62,857 bases of DNA from a virus: positions 1 through 62,857 of IMG/VR virus record IMGVR_UViG_3300006052_000004, one strand, 5' to 3'. Of the stretch, positions 45,934-54,611 are shown piece by piece. The notes beneath the pieces are model-generated. The model did no database searches. It saw nothing but the letters and a program-made list of their open reading frames with translations, and had not been told where the DNA came from. Within the stretch, counting starts at the first letter, position 1. The number at the start of each line of letters is the position of its first letter. The translations under genes were made by a program, and so were the position numbers.

Positions 45934-47201
45934 TAAGCCTCGCTTTCTTCATAGATAGACGCGCCGATAGCCTCTGCCATCGGGCGGGGAAGTCGGGCGT
46001 TGACCATATCGAAGGTCGATACCCAGTTGCCGGCAGTCTGCTGCAACCGTCGTCGATTAGTGTCGGCTACATCTTCGGAATGGGTCGCATACCGGGTGAT
46101 CGCATTGAGTGCGCCCCACTCGGTCGAACTGGGCTCTGCCCGATATGCTTCGAGAACGAGTGCCTCATGACTTCGAGGGACCCGCATCGCCCGTGCTCGT
46201 TCGATTAGAGCGACCTCCGGATGATCGCCGAGAGAAGTCTGTGCCATCAGACGAGCATGTTCGATGACATCAGGAAACTTCTGGACGGCGACGGCCGCGT
46301 TGACGGTAACCCAATCGAGTTGATCGCGGACTGTCGTACCGTTTGCTTTCCATTGTAATGCCTCACGATTGGCCGTCATACCATTTGTGCAGACCAATCT
46401 CTCGCAGTACAGGCCAAGGGCGAGCTCCTGCCCGTAGCGGTACGAGACGAGGATGCCCATGGAGAGCACATCGCCGACCGAGCGGCCGCCTGGCGTGACC
46501 TCCATCGTCAGGTTGGTCCTGATCCGTACCTCCATGCCGTGGTCGGTGAGCCTCGCGGACACCACGGACACGTCTTCCTGGTACACCTGCCGCATGATGT
46601 TGAGGACCGTCTGCGCGACCCACCCATGCGGGACGATCTGCCGTGAGCCGGGGGACGCGTTCGTTATGGTCATGGCGCCGTCGGAGTCGGCCTGCGGGCC
46701 GCCGGGCGTGGCGACCATGAATGGCTGCTTCGTCAGCATGATCGACGTGTCGGCCGCCGCAAGTTGCCCGAGGCGGTCGTTGATGACCGCGGCGCGGAGC
46801 TCGGGGTCGCTGATCTTGTCCAGCACGAAATCCGTGTCAAAGCCTACCTTGCGGCTTAGGTCCTGCAGTGCGGCCCGCGTCGGGAAGCCGAGCAGGCCGT
46901 CGGGACCGACCATCGCCAGACGTGGGGCCGGCCTCGCCTGCCCACGCTCTGGGTCAATCGACGCCCCCCACGGGTCCGGCGGCTCGATTGCCGCCAGGCG
47001 CACGAACTTCGCGTCTATGGGTTCCTGCGCCGGGACCGGCCAGTTTGCCCATGGGGCGTCAGGGTCGACTGCGACGATGGGCCCTTCGCTTGGCGACTGG
47101 GCTCGCCCAAGAGCTCCAAGATTGAAGCCGCTGCCTCCCTCTGCTCCCGTGCGTTCTGCTGTTCCTGTTCCAGCCACGACGGGGGTTTGTATTCGCGCCA
47201 C
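45933..47201 (-). CDS. DUF932-like protein (phage/plasmid family), GC-rich
   Basis: The C-terminal ...STEWGALNAITRYATHSEDV...RRRLQQTAGNWV resembles DUF932. GTG at 47201 is preceded by GGAGG. GC content is visibly higher than in the flanks. Confidence 0.5.
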   Translation of the reverse strand: MARIQTPVVAGTGTAERTGAEGGSGFNLGALGRAQSPSEGPIVAVDPDAPWANWPVPAQEPIDAKFVRLAAIEPPDPWGASIDPERGQARPAPRLAMVGPDGLLGFPTRAALQDLSRKVGFDTDFVLDKISDPELRAAVINDRLGQLAAADTSIMLTKQPFMVATPGGPQADSDGAMTITNASPGSRQIVPHGWVAQTVLNIMRQVYQEDVSVVSARLTDHGMEVRIRTNLTMEVTPGGRSVGDVLSMGILVSYRYGQELALGLYCERLVCTNGMTANREALQWKANGTTVRDQLDWVTVNAAVAVQKFPDVIEHARLMAQTSLGDHPEVALIERARAMRVPRSHEALVLEAYRAEPSSTEWGALNAITRYATHSEDVADTNRRRLQQTAGNWVSTFDMVNARLPRPMAEAIGASIYEESEA

Positions 47202-47319
47202 TTGTATGCCTCCTCTAATGTCTTCTCTACATCACGGTTTGTCGGCTTAATGCTGGCAATCATGCGCCACTTGACAAATGCGATTAGTGTGCCGACAACA
47301 AACATGATTGCCAGCCACC

Positions 47320-47904
47320 CTAGATTGATTGTCGTTGACCTGGCATGTCGGCAGGTAGTGTGTCGAATTCATGCGGGTCATGAGTTGTGATCTGCTCTTC
47401 GAGTTGCGCTCTGAACAGGCCGGCCGTATAGATCGTTGCACTTCGCATGAGACGTTGCATCCTCTCATGGAATGTTGCAGCATTCCTCTCGCCAAGGATT
47501 GCTTCACGGTCGATTGTGATATTACGCAGTTTCTGGCGCAGGTTATGGTAAGTCCATTTGCCGTTGCGAGTAGTGAGCAGACCGATGCCGTTAAGGATGT
47601 CACACAGCTCCTCATACGATGGGGCTATGTCTTTCGGCCATACCTCGATGATGTACCGCCGGATGAGCTCACCGAGTAGCACGTCATCAGCCACCGACTT
47701 GTCAACCTGTCGATTGACCATGGCCATGAGCGCGCTTATGTTGATAGGCATCGCGCCGATGCATAGCGTACACAACCTTATAGAGGTCGGTGCGCCGATC
47801 GGTACGTTGAACTTCGATATGATGTCGACGTCGGCGAGCACGGTGATATGGTCACCGTTCTGCTCGCCTTCTTGTCGATGGCAACATACGCATTGGTTGC
47901 CCAT
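47320..47904 (-). CDS. Putative DNA-binding protein (Cys-rich N-terminus, recombinase-type HTH-like segment)
   Basis: LNGIGLLTTRNGKWTYHNLRQKL resembles the DNA-binding motif of resolvase/recombinase accessory domains. It is the first gene after a consensus promoter. Confidence 0.45.
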   Translation of the reverse strand: MGNQCVCCHRQEGEQNGDHITVLADVDIISKFNVPIGAPTSIRLCTLCIGAMPINISALMAMVNRQVDKSVADDVLLGELIRRYIIEVWPKDIAPSYEELCDILNGIGLLTTRNGKWTYHNLRQKLRNITIDREAILGERNAATFHERMQRLMRSATIYTAGLFRAQLEEQITTHDPHEFDTLPADMPGQRQSI

Positions 47905-47929
47905 TTATTCTCCTATTCTTACTGTGGCC

Positions 47930-47959
47930 ATTATACCACATGGTTTGGCTTTTTGTCAA
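47930..47959 (-). promoter_or_regulatory. Consensus sigma70-type promoter (leftward)
   Basis: The minus strand reads TTGACA (47959-47954), 18 nt, TGGTATAAT (-10 at 47935-47930). Confidence 0.7.
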
Positions 47960-47964
47960 TAGGC

Positions 47965-48393
47965 CTACCGCATGTTATTACGATCTCTACAGATGCGGCA
48001 ACGCCTATTGCCACCGGGATCAATATATGTTGTATCAGATGTCCATATATGTCCGAATGAGCACATATCTAGTTCATTATGTGCACCAAGTCGTCTTGAA
48101 TGTGTACCTGTGACAATCATATCATTGATGTTGTCCTGTGGTGTGCCTTGGTATAGATGCTCTGGATTTACACATGAGCGACTAGTACACACAGGTTTAT
48201 GTAGTATCTGCATACCTTCGGTTATCTCACCGATATGTAACAGATAAGACATACGATGGGCGAGTATATCACCATGGCCTGTGCTAAAGCTAATAAAACG
48301 GCCATAACCATCTTTTGACTTAGCACCTTTCCATAGCCAACATTCACCAACTATGTCTATTTTTTCCATGAACCTTTCGTACATAGATTTCAT
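47965..48393 (-). CDS. HNH homing-type endonuclease 1
   Basis: CWLWKG...DGYGRF...AHRMSY...HKPVCTSRSCVNPEHLYQGT..DN (HNH_3-type pattern). Confidence 0.75.
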   Translation of the reverse strand: MKSMYERFMEKIDIVGECWLWKGAKSKDGYGRFISFSTGHGDILAHRMSYLLHIGEITEGMQILHKPVCTSRSCVNPEHLYQGTPQDNINDMIVTGTHSRRLGAHNELDMCSFGHIWTSDTTYIDPGGNRRCRICRDRNNMR

Positions 48394-48402
48394 GGTGTAT
48401 CC

Positions 48403-48873
48403 TCACAGCAGCAAATGAAGCTCAAAGCACAGTTGGTCGACTAGCAGGACATATTCTGTCACACCGATCGACTTCAAACACTCGTCTCTCAGACGATTGA
48501 ACTGCTTTACATCCCATTCACTGAACATCTTATAGTCGATGAAATCTTGCATCGGGAAGAGGTTCAGACCGAGCCCACGGTACACGACCACATGGGCGAT
48601 GAAGGCCCTGGCGGTCTGCATGTCATTCACCCAGAATGGACATGGTAATAGGCGCCGGGCGATCTCTTCGATCGCCTCATTTGTTGCCCATGCCGAGTCA
48701 TCACGAATGGTCATAGACTCGTATGGTTCAGCCTGGGTGGTGTGTTCATTAGTCACCACCCAGGTATAGGCACGTATCGCCATCTCGATACGTTTACCTT
48801 GATTTGTTCTTGTACTGCTTGACAATACGTTTCCTCCGCCGACGTTCGCCGATGTAGTGATAGACAGAGTCAC
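48403..48873 (-). CDS. Hypothetical protein
   Basis: 156-aa ORF. The start is uncertain; the internal Met at 48783 is also possible. Confidence 0.5.
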   Translation of the reverse strand: MTLSITTSANVGGGNVLSSSTRTNQGKRIEMAIRAYTWVVTNEHTTQAEPYESMTIRDDSAWATNEAIEEIARRLLPCPFWVNDMQTARAFIAHVVVYRGLGLNLFPMQDFIDYKMFSEWDVKQFNRLRDECLKSIGVTEYVLLVDQLCFELHLLL

Positions 48874-48943
48874 CTATGGCACCTATACAGATGAACATCA
48901 GCACGGTCAGCACGATATATGCGGCGAGGCCCATGGTTGGCTC

Positions 48944-49510
48944 CTATTCGGCGGCCGGTTTGGTCGCCGCGGTTTTGATGTTGGCCATCTCTCGCAGCTT
49001 CTCGATCGCCTTCTGTTGCTTCGCGATCTCTGCTTCCAGCTGTTCTTCGGTCATCGCCTCATACTTCTTGGTTCCGGCCGCAGGCTTGCCGACTTGAGAC
49101 TTCTCGTATGCCTCATAGTCGGCATCGAACTGCTCTTTGTAGGCCGGTAGAGCCTCTTTCAGGATGTTGAGGAGGAGGGCCGCGACTTTCAGGCCACGTT
49201 GCTTCGCGACCTTCTGCAGCTTCTCGTTCTCTTCGGGACTGGCATCGTAGGCGACCCACGTCGAGATCATGTTAGGATCGACGCCTCGGCTTGCTTTCGC
49301 CTTCGGCGAGAGCTTGGGGGTGCCATCGGGATTGGTTGCCTTGACCTTCGGTGTGGTGGTCGTACCATCGGGTAGTGTCACAGGTGCCAGAGTATTCGCG
49401 GCCTCTGCCACCTTCGCAGCCTGAGCTGCTGCAGTCTTCTCTTTCGCCGCCTGGGCGGTCGCCATCGCCTTCGCCAATGCCGGGTTTACTGCCTTAGGGG
49501 AGTCAGACAT
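48944..49510 (-). CDS. Paralog family member 2
   Basis: KLSPKAKASRGVDPNMISTWVAYDASPEENEKLQKVAKQRGLKVAALLL. ATG at 49510 is preceded by AGGAG. Confidence 0.7.
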   Translation of the reverse strand: MSDSPKAVNPALAKAMATAQAAKEKTAAAQAAKVAEAANTLAPVTLPDGTTTTPKVKATNPDGTPKLSPKAKASRGVDPNMISTWVAYDASPEENEKLQKVAKQRGLKVAALLLNILKEALPAYKEQFDADYEAYEKSQVGKPAAGTKKYEAMTEEQLEAEIAKQQKAIEKLREMANIKTAATKPAAE

Positions 49511-49604
49511 TTCAGTCTCCTGCGTGAGTTGTTCCGCGAGATAGCTCGTCAGTTGCAGGGTCTCAAGCTGCAAGAAGCGGTCCCATAATGGCAACCGCGT
49601 TTCG

Positions 49605-49835
49605 CTACGCGAAGATAGGTTTCAGTCTGTCTTTCTGTCCTCGGTTTGCCATCTTTCGCATGGCAACAGGTGTATATCCATGCTTGATGACCCATCTATG
49701 TGTTATATGGTCATAATCGAGGAAACGCCTGGTAAATTGCATCTGATCGTGTGACATCCATGACTGTGCGGCATATGACCAGACATATGCCTTCTTCGTA
49801 ATGAGATCACTGAAGCAGCACAGATTTATTCTCAT
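49605..49835 (-). CDS. Hypothetical protein
   Basis: 76-aa ORF with a 4-nt overlap with the upstream gene. Confidence 0.5.
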   Translation of the reverse strand: MRINLCCFSDLITKKAYVWSYAAQSWMSHDQMQFTRRFLDYDHITHRWVIKHGYTPVAMRKMANRGQKDRLKPIFA

Positions 49836-50131
49836 TCCGAATACCTCTCATGAATGAATGGGAACAGGCCTTTGGCGGTCGCCTCGTTGAGTTTGTTGCC
49901 ATACTCAGCCGCGGTATTCATCGCCTGCTCTTCGGTCATCACGCCGTTAATAATCAGATTGCCTTCAATCTGCTTATCGTATCTATGAGCGCTCGCATCG
50001 AATGATGCCGACACATAACAGGACCAGTCATAACCTTCGGTCACGACCGCGGTGAAAGTAATACGCCAATACTCGTCAGAGTGTTGGACATATTGATGTT
50101 TTACGAACCGTTTCTTGTCAAACTTCGCCAT
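49832..50131 (-). CDS. Hypothetical protein
   Basis: 99-aa ORF. Confidence 0.55.
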   Translation of the reverse strand: MAKFDKKRFVKHQYVQHSDEYWRITFTAVVTEGYDWSCYVSASFDASAHRYDKQIEGNLIINGVMTEEQAMNTAAEYGNKLNEATAKGLFPFIHERYSE

Positions 50132-50166
50132 GCTGGGTTGCTCCTTCTTGAGGACCGGGAACCGGT

Positions 50167-50634
50167 CTATTTATTATGGTATCGCTTGTTCGCCTCATTC
50201 TTACAGATGCGGCATTGACGACCTTGTTTTGTTACTATCGTATTCTGCTCATCGTATTGATGCCCCTTCGGGCAATGTGTCTTTATCACTTGGTATATAC
50301 CAGGTGATATATTGCCAACCATCCTACCTTGTTCTGATGCCTGCTTCATATTCTGTGCTTGTGTACCACATTTCAGATGTGCGGGATTGACACATGCAGA
50401 ATTATTACATTCATGCAGAATGACCTTATCATCAGGTATCTGCTCGTGATTGGCAAGCATCCATGCTATGCGATGTGCACGTAATCTAATTGTACGACCA
50501 TCTCTGTTTATGTGGAACAGACCATAGCCTTTATCACGCATACTTAACCATTCCCAGCATTCATCTTCAGTCAATTCTTCATACTTTGAATGAAAACGCT
50601 GTATGTCTTTATCCGTTAACTGCACTAAAATCAC
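50167..50634 (-). CDS. HNH homing-type endonuclease 2
   Basis: CWEW...KGYGLF...AHRIAW...HECNNSACVNPAHLKCGT.AQN. Confidence 0.75.
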   Translation of the reverse strand: MILVQLTDKDIQRFHSKYEELTEDECWEWLSMRDKGYGLFHINRDGRTIRLRAHRIAWMLANHEQIPDDKVILHECNNSACVNPAHLKCGTQAQNMKQASEQGRMVGNISPGIYQVIKTHCPKGHQYDEQNTIVTKQGRQCRICKNEANKRYHNK

Positions 50635-50644
50635 CTCCTCTCAG

Positions 50645-50730
50645 GCTCATATTCATTATACCCGATGCCGGTCCCCGATCATTCATGGTTTGCTAGGTTT
50701 CTCGAAAAATGCTATAGGCATTTTCTGAAA
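50645..50730 (-). promoter_or_regulatory. Promoter/hairpin cassette copy A (GGGTATAATGAAT -10 at 50655-50660, upstream AT-rich inverted repeat)
   Basis: About 85 nt, roughly three-quarters identical by eye to 54505-54590. Both copies share CATGAATGATCGG in the -35 region and a GAAAAATGC...GCATTTT(T)C hairpin. Confidence 0.5.
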
Positions 50731-50739
50731 CCGGTCTGT

Positions 50740-51153
50740 TCAGACCTCCTCTGCTGCCTTCTGGTCGCTATTATCACCGGTGATCTCCACCTTGACGACG
50801 ATATAGTTCTGTCGCAGACCCGGGTATTCAGGATGTTGTGGGTCGGCAGAAGCGGTGAACTCCAGCATCACCGAGTCAGATACCTTGTCGTCGTCCCAGG
50901 TATATTGCATCATCTCGGCTATGGCTGCCACGGCCTTACGCTGACCTGGGACTTGTACCTGCTTTACGTATTCGGGATGGCTTTCGCATGTAACAAGCCA
51001 GTAAAGTGTTGACTCTTCGTTGATGATGATCCTTGGACCCATGAACTGTCGGTGCCATGATGTGAAGCACTCGGGACAATCGTACACGATTATCTTGTCG
51101 TCGTCAGATATTTCAGATGGCCTGACCTCAATCACACACATTGGGCATTTCAT
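50740..51153 (-). CDS. Hypothetical zinc-ribbon protein
   Basis: MKCPMC...DCPEC at the N-terminus. 137 aa. Confidence 0.55.
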   Translation of the reverse strand: MKCPMCVIEVRPSEISDDDKIIVYDCPECFTSWHRQFMGPRIIINEESTLYWLVTCESHPEYVKQVQVPGQRKAVAAIAEMMQYTWDDDKVSDSVMLEFTASADPQHPEYPGLRQNYIVVKVEITGDNSDQKAAEEV

Positions 51154-51863
51154 TCTGGTTGCTCTTTCTTCGGCAATGTACCGAGTTTGTTCTGTTTCTT
51201 GAGTGGACTGTTGAGTTTCACGCAGGCATTGACGACAGACATCTTGATAGGTGTCATAGAGCCACGATTTGATACGCGGGTCTTATATACCTCAAGACTC
51301 TTGGCGATGATCTCGTCATGTTCCACATACTCATGTACGAGTGGGTATTTCTCTTTGACGAAAGGCAATAAATTTCGTATCGCTTTTATAGCGATCTCAT
51401 CATCATGTGCCATCATTATGATTTTCGTCTTTTTGCTCTCTGCTGCCTGTTTGTCTCTATTTTCAGCGGGAAACACATATGGCTTAGGTGTTGAGATGGT
51501 CGATGGTCGTAGTGGGATGAATGGTTCAGGTTTAGGCGTCTGATAACCTTTAGGCAAGACCGGTTTGGCAGATACCTTGCCAATTGATCTATATACTGTG
51601 GTATCAAGTGTTTTGAGTTGCTCTGGTGTCTTGATACTAAGTTGTGCTATTGGCTTGATGCCACCGGCATTAACAAGGTATCCGATCGCACGACAGGTGA
51701 CAGCCATACCAAGTGCGACGGCATGGGCATTCACTTCTTTATTACCACATGCCTGTGTATATGTAATAATGAGGCCACCTCTCTCATCGCGATGTATAGC
51801 ACGTGCATCCCATCGCCTCTCTTCTTCATTGTATGCCACGGTGATCGTGACAATCGTCTTCAT
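51150..51863 (-). CDS. Hypothetical protein
   Basis: ATG at 51863 overlaps the upstream stop. 237 aa with no confident motif. Confidence 0.55.
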   Translation of the reverse strand: MKTIVTITVAYNEEERRWDARAIHRDERGGLIITYTQACGNKEVNAHAVALGMAVTCRAIGYLVNAGGIKPIAQLSIKTPEQLKTLDTTVYRSIGKVSAKPVLPKGYQTPKPEPFIPLRPSTISTPKPYVFPAENRDKQAAESKKTKIIMMAHDDEIAIKAIRNLLPFVKEKYPLVHEYVEHDEIIAKSLEVYKTRVSNRGSMTPIKMSVVNACVKLNSPLKKQNKLGTLPKKEQPE

Positions 51864-52063
51864 CTCGGTTTCCCCTTCATCATCGCGTTGGTCAGCACGT
51901 TGAGAGGTTGGAGCTTCCAGTAAAGGTGCGACCGGCGCACCGTACGGCTGTGGCGATGGCCACACTGGGAGCACACACGAACATTGACGACCTGGCCATT
52001 ATTGGCGTTCTTTTGGTTCGGCTCGGCGATGAACACGCCGCCGCACCTACACTCTTTGCGCAT
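51860..52063 (-). CDS. Small zinc-ribbon protein
   Basis: CRCGG...CSQCGH. 67 aa. Confidence 0.5.
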   Translation of the reverse strand: MRKECRCGGVFIAEPNQKNANNGQVVNVRVCSQCGHRHSRTVRRSHLYWKLQPLNVLTNAMMKGKPR

Positions 52064-52421
52064 CGAGTTCTCCTATGAACCACAGGAAGTCGCCGGACAG
52101 TTGGCCATTACCGGCGAAGACGTCAAGGTGCTGCTGTTGGAACGTGTCCATGTACTGCAGCGGGTACGGCCGCCTTGAATTGTACGGCAGTGACAACTGT
52201 ATGACCCTGTTGTCGCCGTGCCAGAGGTAGCAGTTGAGGCAGTAGAGCGACCCGTCACTCTCGTGCTGATGCACGTTGAAGCCGCACATGTCTTGGATCA
52301 TCCTCACCTGCAGCGACTTAGACACCTGCCCCTCGTTGACAAGCAGTGCGAGCTGCCCGAGGCATTTAAGCAGTTGCGCCTCGTTGAACAGGTCGCGCGG
52401 AAGCACCCGTCTGTACGACAT
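52047..52421 (-). CDS. Hypothetical protein
   Basis: 124-aa ORF. Confidence 0.55.
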   Translation of the reverse strand: MSYRRVLPRDLFNEAQLLKCLGQLALLVNEGQVSKSLQVRMIQDMCGFNVHQHESDGSLYCLNCYLWHGDNRVIQLSLPYNSRRPYPLQYMDTFQQQHLDVFAGNGQLSGDFLWFIGELDAQRV

Positions 52422-52663
52422 CAGCCTTCATACCTTTCCCATTCTGCATCATCGTTGTGTCGTTCTATGTAGAATCGTTTACGTTCTTGCCAGAGTGGGC
52501 TAGTGAATGATACAATGATGATACCTAAGAAGTCACTCTCGGTAATGTGCGTGAGTAACCAACCATCTTGCATCAAATCTAGCAGTTTTTGCATCTGTAC
52601 CTTTGTGATGTAGGTATATAGCATTGGTTCTCCCTTTCTCCGCTTGATGCGGCTGAGGCCCAC
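52421..52663 (-). CDS. Hypothetical protein
   Basis: 80-aa ORF whose stop overlaps the next start. Confidence 0.5.
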   Translation of the reverse strand: MGLSRIKRRKGEPMLYTYITKVQMQKLLDLMQDGWLLTHITESDFLGIIIVSFTSPLWQERKRFYIERHNDDAEWERYEG

Positions 52664-52698
52664 CTTGCAGGATGGGCCTCCGTCGAATCACCCGATGT

Positions 52699-53184
52699 CT
52701 AGGATTGTTGAGGCTTTCCCGATTCCACGGGATATTCGGCAAGGAACTCGCCAATCGGTCGCATCATCGAATGGCCGTTGCCGAAACACTGCACAAGTTC
52801 GCCCATCCTGAGGTAGCCATGCGCCTTGGTTGGTAGCTCTTCTTCCCAGTCGTTAGTGGTGATATCTGTCCACTGTAACAGGTGTGCTGTTTCGCCGAAT
52901 TCAGGGATTGCATAAAGATACGCCTCAACCCTTTCATTCTGGAATGTTGCTATCAGTATGGCACCTGTGTCGGTTGTACATATTGGTTCGGCTTTCCTCA
53001 GGTCCTTGTACATCACGTATACTTCGTTACCTGATGCCAACTTGAACCATGCCCCGTTGAGGCGTTCACCGAGTCGGTATGAGATTGCTTCTGACTTCGG
53101 CGAACCCGGCGTCTTAAGTATCCTCATAGGTTTGCCTATGAGATATTGTGCCCATTTGTGTAAGCCATCTTCTTGTTTGCTCAT
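52699..53184 (-). CDS. Hypothetical protein
   Basis: 161-aa ORF. Confidence 0.6.
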   Translation of the reverse strand: MSKQEDGLHKWAQYLIGKPMRILKTPGSPKSEAISYRLGERLNGAWFKLASGNEVYVMYKDLRKAEPICTTDTGAILIATFQNERVEAYLYAIPEFGETAHLLQWTDITTNDWEEELPTKAHGYLRMGELVQCFGNGHSMMRPIGEFLAEYPVESGKPQQS

Positions 53185-53316
53185 TCTTGTAGCATCCTCT
53201 CGAAGTAGATGATCGTCTTGGTGTTGTACGGGGCCATGATGTCTCCTTGTTTGTATTCCAGTATATGCTGGCTGAAGCGGCGAGATGATCGCCGCCTCCC
53301 TCGATCCACGTGGATG

Positions 53317-53508
53317 TTAAGGTCGACGATATGTCCGCATCTTCTCGGTCGCGAGCCATCTTGCTGCATCGAGTCTGGTGCGAAATGAGATGTTGTGTCG
53401 CCTCATCATGCGGAGTATATAGATATGTCGCCAGAACCTCCAATCATGTTCCGAACCGGCGCCGCCAACCTCGGTTGACTCGAACTCGACCCATGCTGCG
53501 ACAGTCAT
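53317..53508 (-). CDS. Hypothetical small protein (gene model in 53185-53630 ambiguous)
   Basis: 63-aa ORF. Three overlapping ORFs compete here. An 18-aa mini-ORF with an AAGGAGACATC RBS also precedes 53184. Confidence 0.3.
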   Translation of the reverse strand: MTVAAWVEFESTEVGGAGSEHDWRFWRHIYILRMMRRHNISFRTRLDAARWLATEKMRTYRRP

Positions 53509-53630
53509 CGCACCGAGAGTGCGATATTTGCAGTAGTTTCGTCACTGGGCACGTTTCAATAGTTCTCTACTCACTTAGATGTCTCCTTGTTATCACCGGT
53601 CAGCACAGCTGACCGGTGATATGTGAATAC

Positions 53631-53927
53631 CTAATGCAGGTGTAGATTGTTGTGGTCAGCGAATTCTAGTACCGAATTGCTATTGTTGTTCCATGCTGTG
53701 AAGATGGACAGACCACATCGTTCTGTGACCAAATCTTTCGCAAATTGCCAATCGCGACCGATATAGACAATGGTCACAGTCCTATATTCCTCGTTGTAAT
53801 ATCCGACGACGATCGCAGAGATGACCTGGACTTTCACATCGAGTGATTGGTGCTGTCCATCTTTACACTCTTTCTCCCATCGCTTACAACCGATGGCGAA
53901 AGAGTCATAGGTTTGTTCTTTGTTCAT
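53631..53927 (-). CDS. Hypothetical protein
   Basis: 98-aa ORF with a 4-nt overlap with the upstream gene. Confidence 0.55.
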   Translation of the reverse strand: MNKEQTYDSFAIGCKRWEKECKDGQHQSLDVKVQVISAIVVGYYNEEYRTVTIVYIGRDWQFAKDLVTERCGLSIFTAWNNNSNSVLEFADHNNLHLH

Positions 53928-54439
53928 TTGTTTGTCGCTTTCTGTGCTTTGACACGGTTGAGTTCTTCGAGAAGCGCATTCGCTTTCGCGATCTGTTCTT
54001 CGAGTTTTGCGACCTGAGCAAGGATCTTTTCCACGTTGTCTTTATTGACTTTCGGCTGCGAGTTGCTTAGTCGAGTAGCTCGCGGTGTGGGTTGACGATC
54101 CTGTGTCTGAGGATTGAGCGGACGAAGCATCAGGCGACCGTGTTGATCGACATACATCGCACCGCGGTTGTATGTTGCCTGGTCTTCGACGTGAGCTACT
54201 CGAACACCATTCGAGTAGACGAGGTCCCCGGCAGCATCCAGGTGGGTGGCACCGAAGATAGCTGGCGGAGCTTTATGGGGGTTTCGTTTGTTACGACGAA
54301 CATGGAACTTTGCCTGGGCAATGAGTTGCTTTTCCAGCTCAGTTGTGACGTGAGTCGGTTCACATGAGCGAAGTTGGGTGTCAAACCCATCTTTTAGCTC
54401 TTGTTCTCGACGTCGCTGATCGTCTGCTATTTTGCTCAT
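53924..54439 (-). CDS. Hypothetical protein with C-terminal coiled coil
   Basis: 171-aa ORF, the first gene after promoter cassette copy B. Confidence 0.6.
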   Translation of the reverse strand: MSKIADDQRRREQELKDGFDTQLRSCEPTHVTTELEKQLIAQAKFHVRRNKRNPHKAPPAIFGATHLDAAGDLVYSNGVRVAHVEDQATYNRGAMYVDQHGRLMLRPLNPQTQDRQPTPRATRLSNSQPKVNKDNVEKILAQVAKLEEQIAKANALLEELNRVKAQKATNK

Positions 54440-54504
54440 AGCACACTCCTTCGACCGGATCGCTGAATTTCAGACATAGCTGTCGCTGACTGATACGATC
54501 CTGG

Positions 54505-54590
54505 TCTTATATTCATTATACCCTATGTTAGAGTCCGATCATTCATGTTTCGCTAAATCTGGTGAAAAATGCTTATTGCATTTTTCGGGG
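54505..54590 (-). promoter_or_regulatory. Promoter/hairpin cassette copy B (-10 TATAAT at 54515-54520)
   Basis: See copy A. The perfect inverted repeat GAAAAATGC-ttatt-GCATTTTTC lies just upstream on the minus strand. Confidence 0.5.
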
Positions 54591-54611
54591 GGCGGCGGCG
54601 CGGCGGGGACA

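Noticed and set aside
46453-47250. 265-aa plus-strand ORF
   Set aside because: It is an antisense shadow ORF within the GC-rich DUF932-like gene, with Ser/Arg/Pro-rich composition and no RBS.
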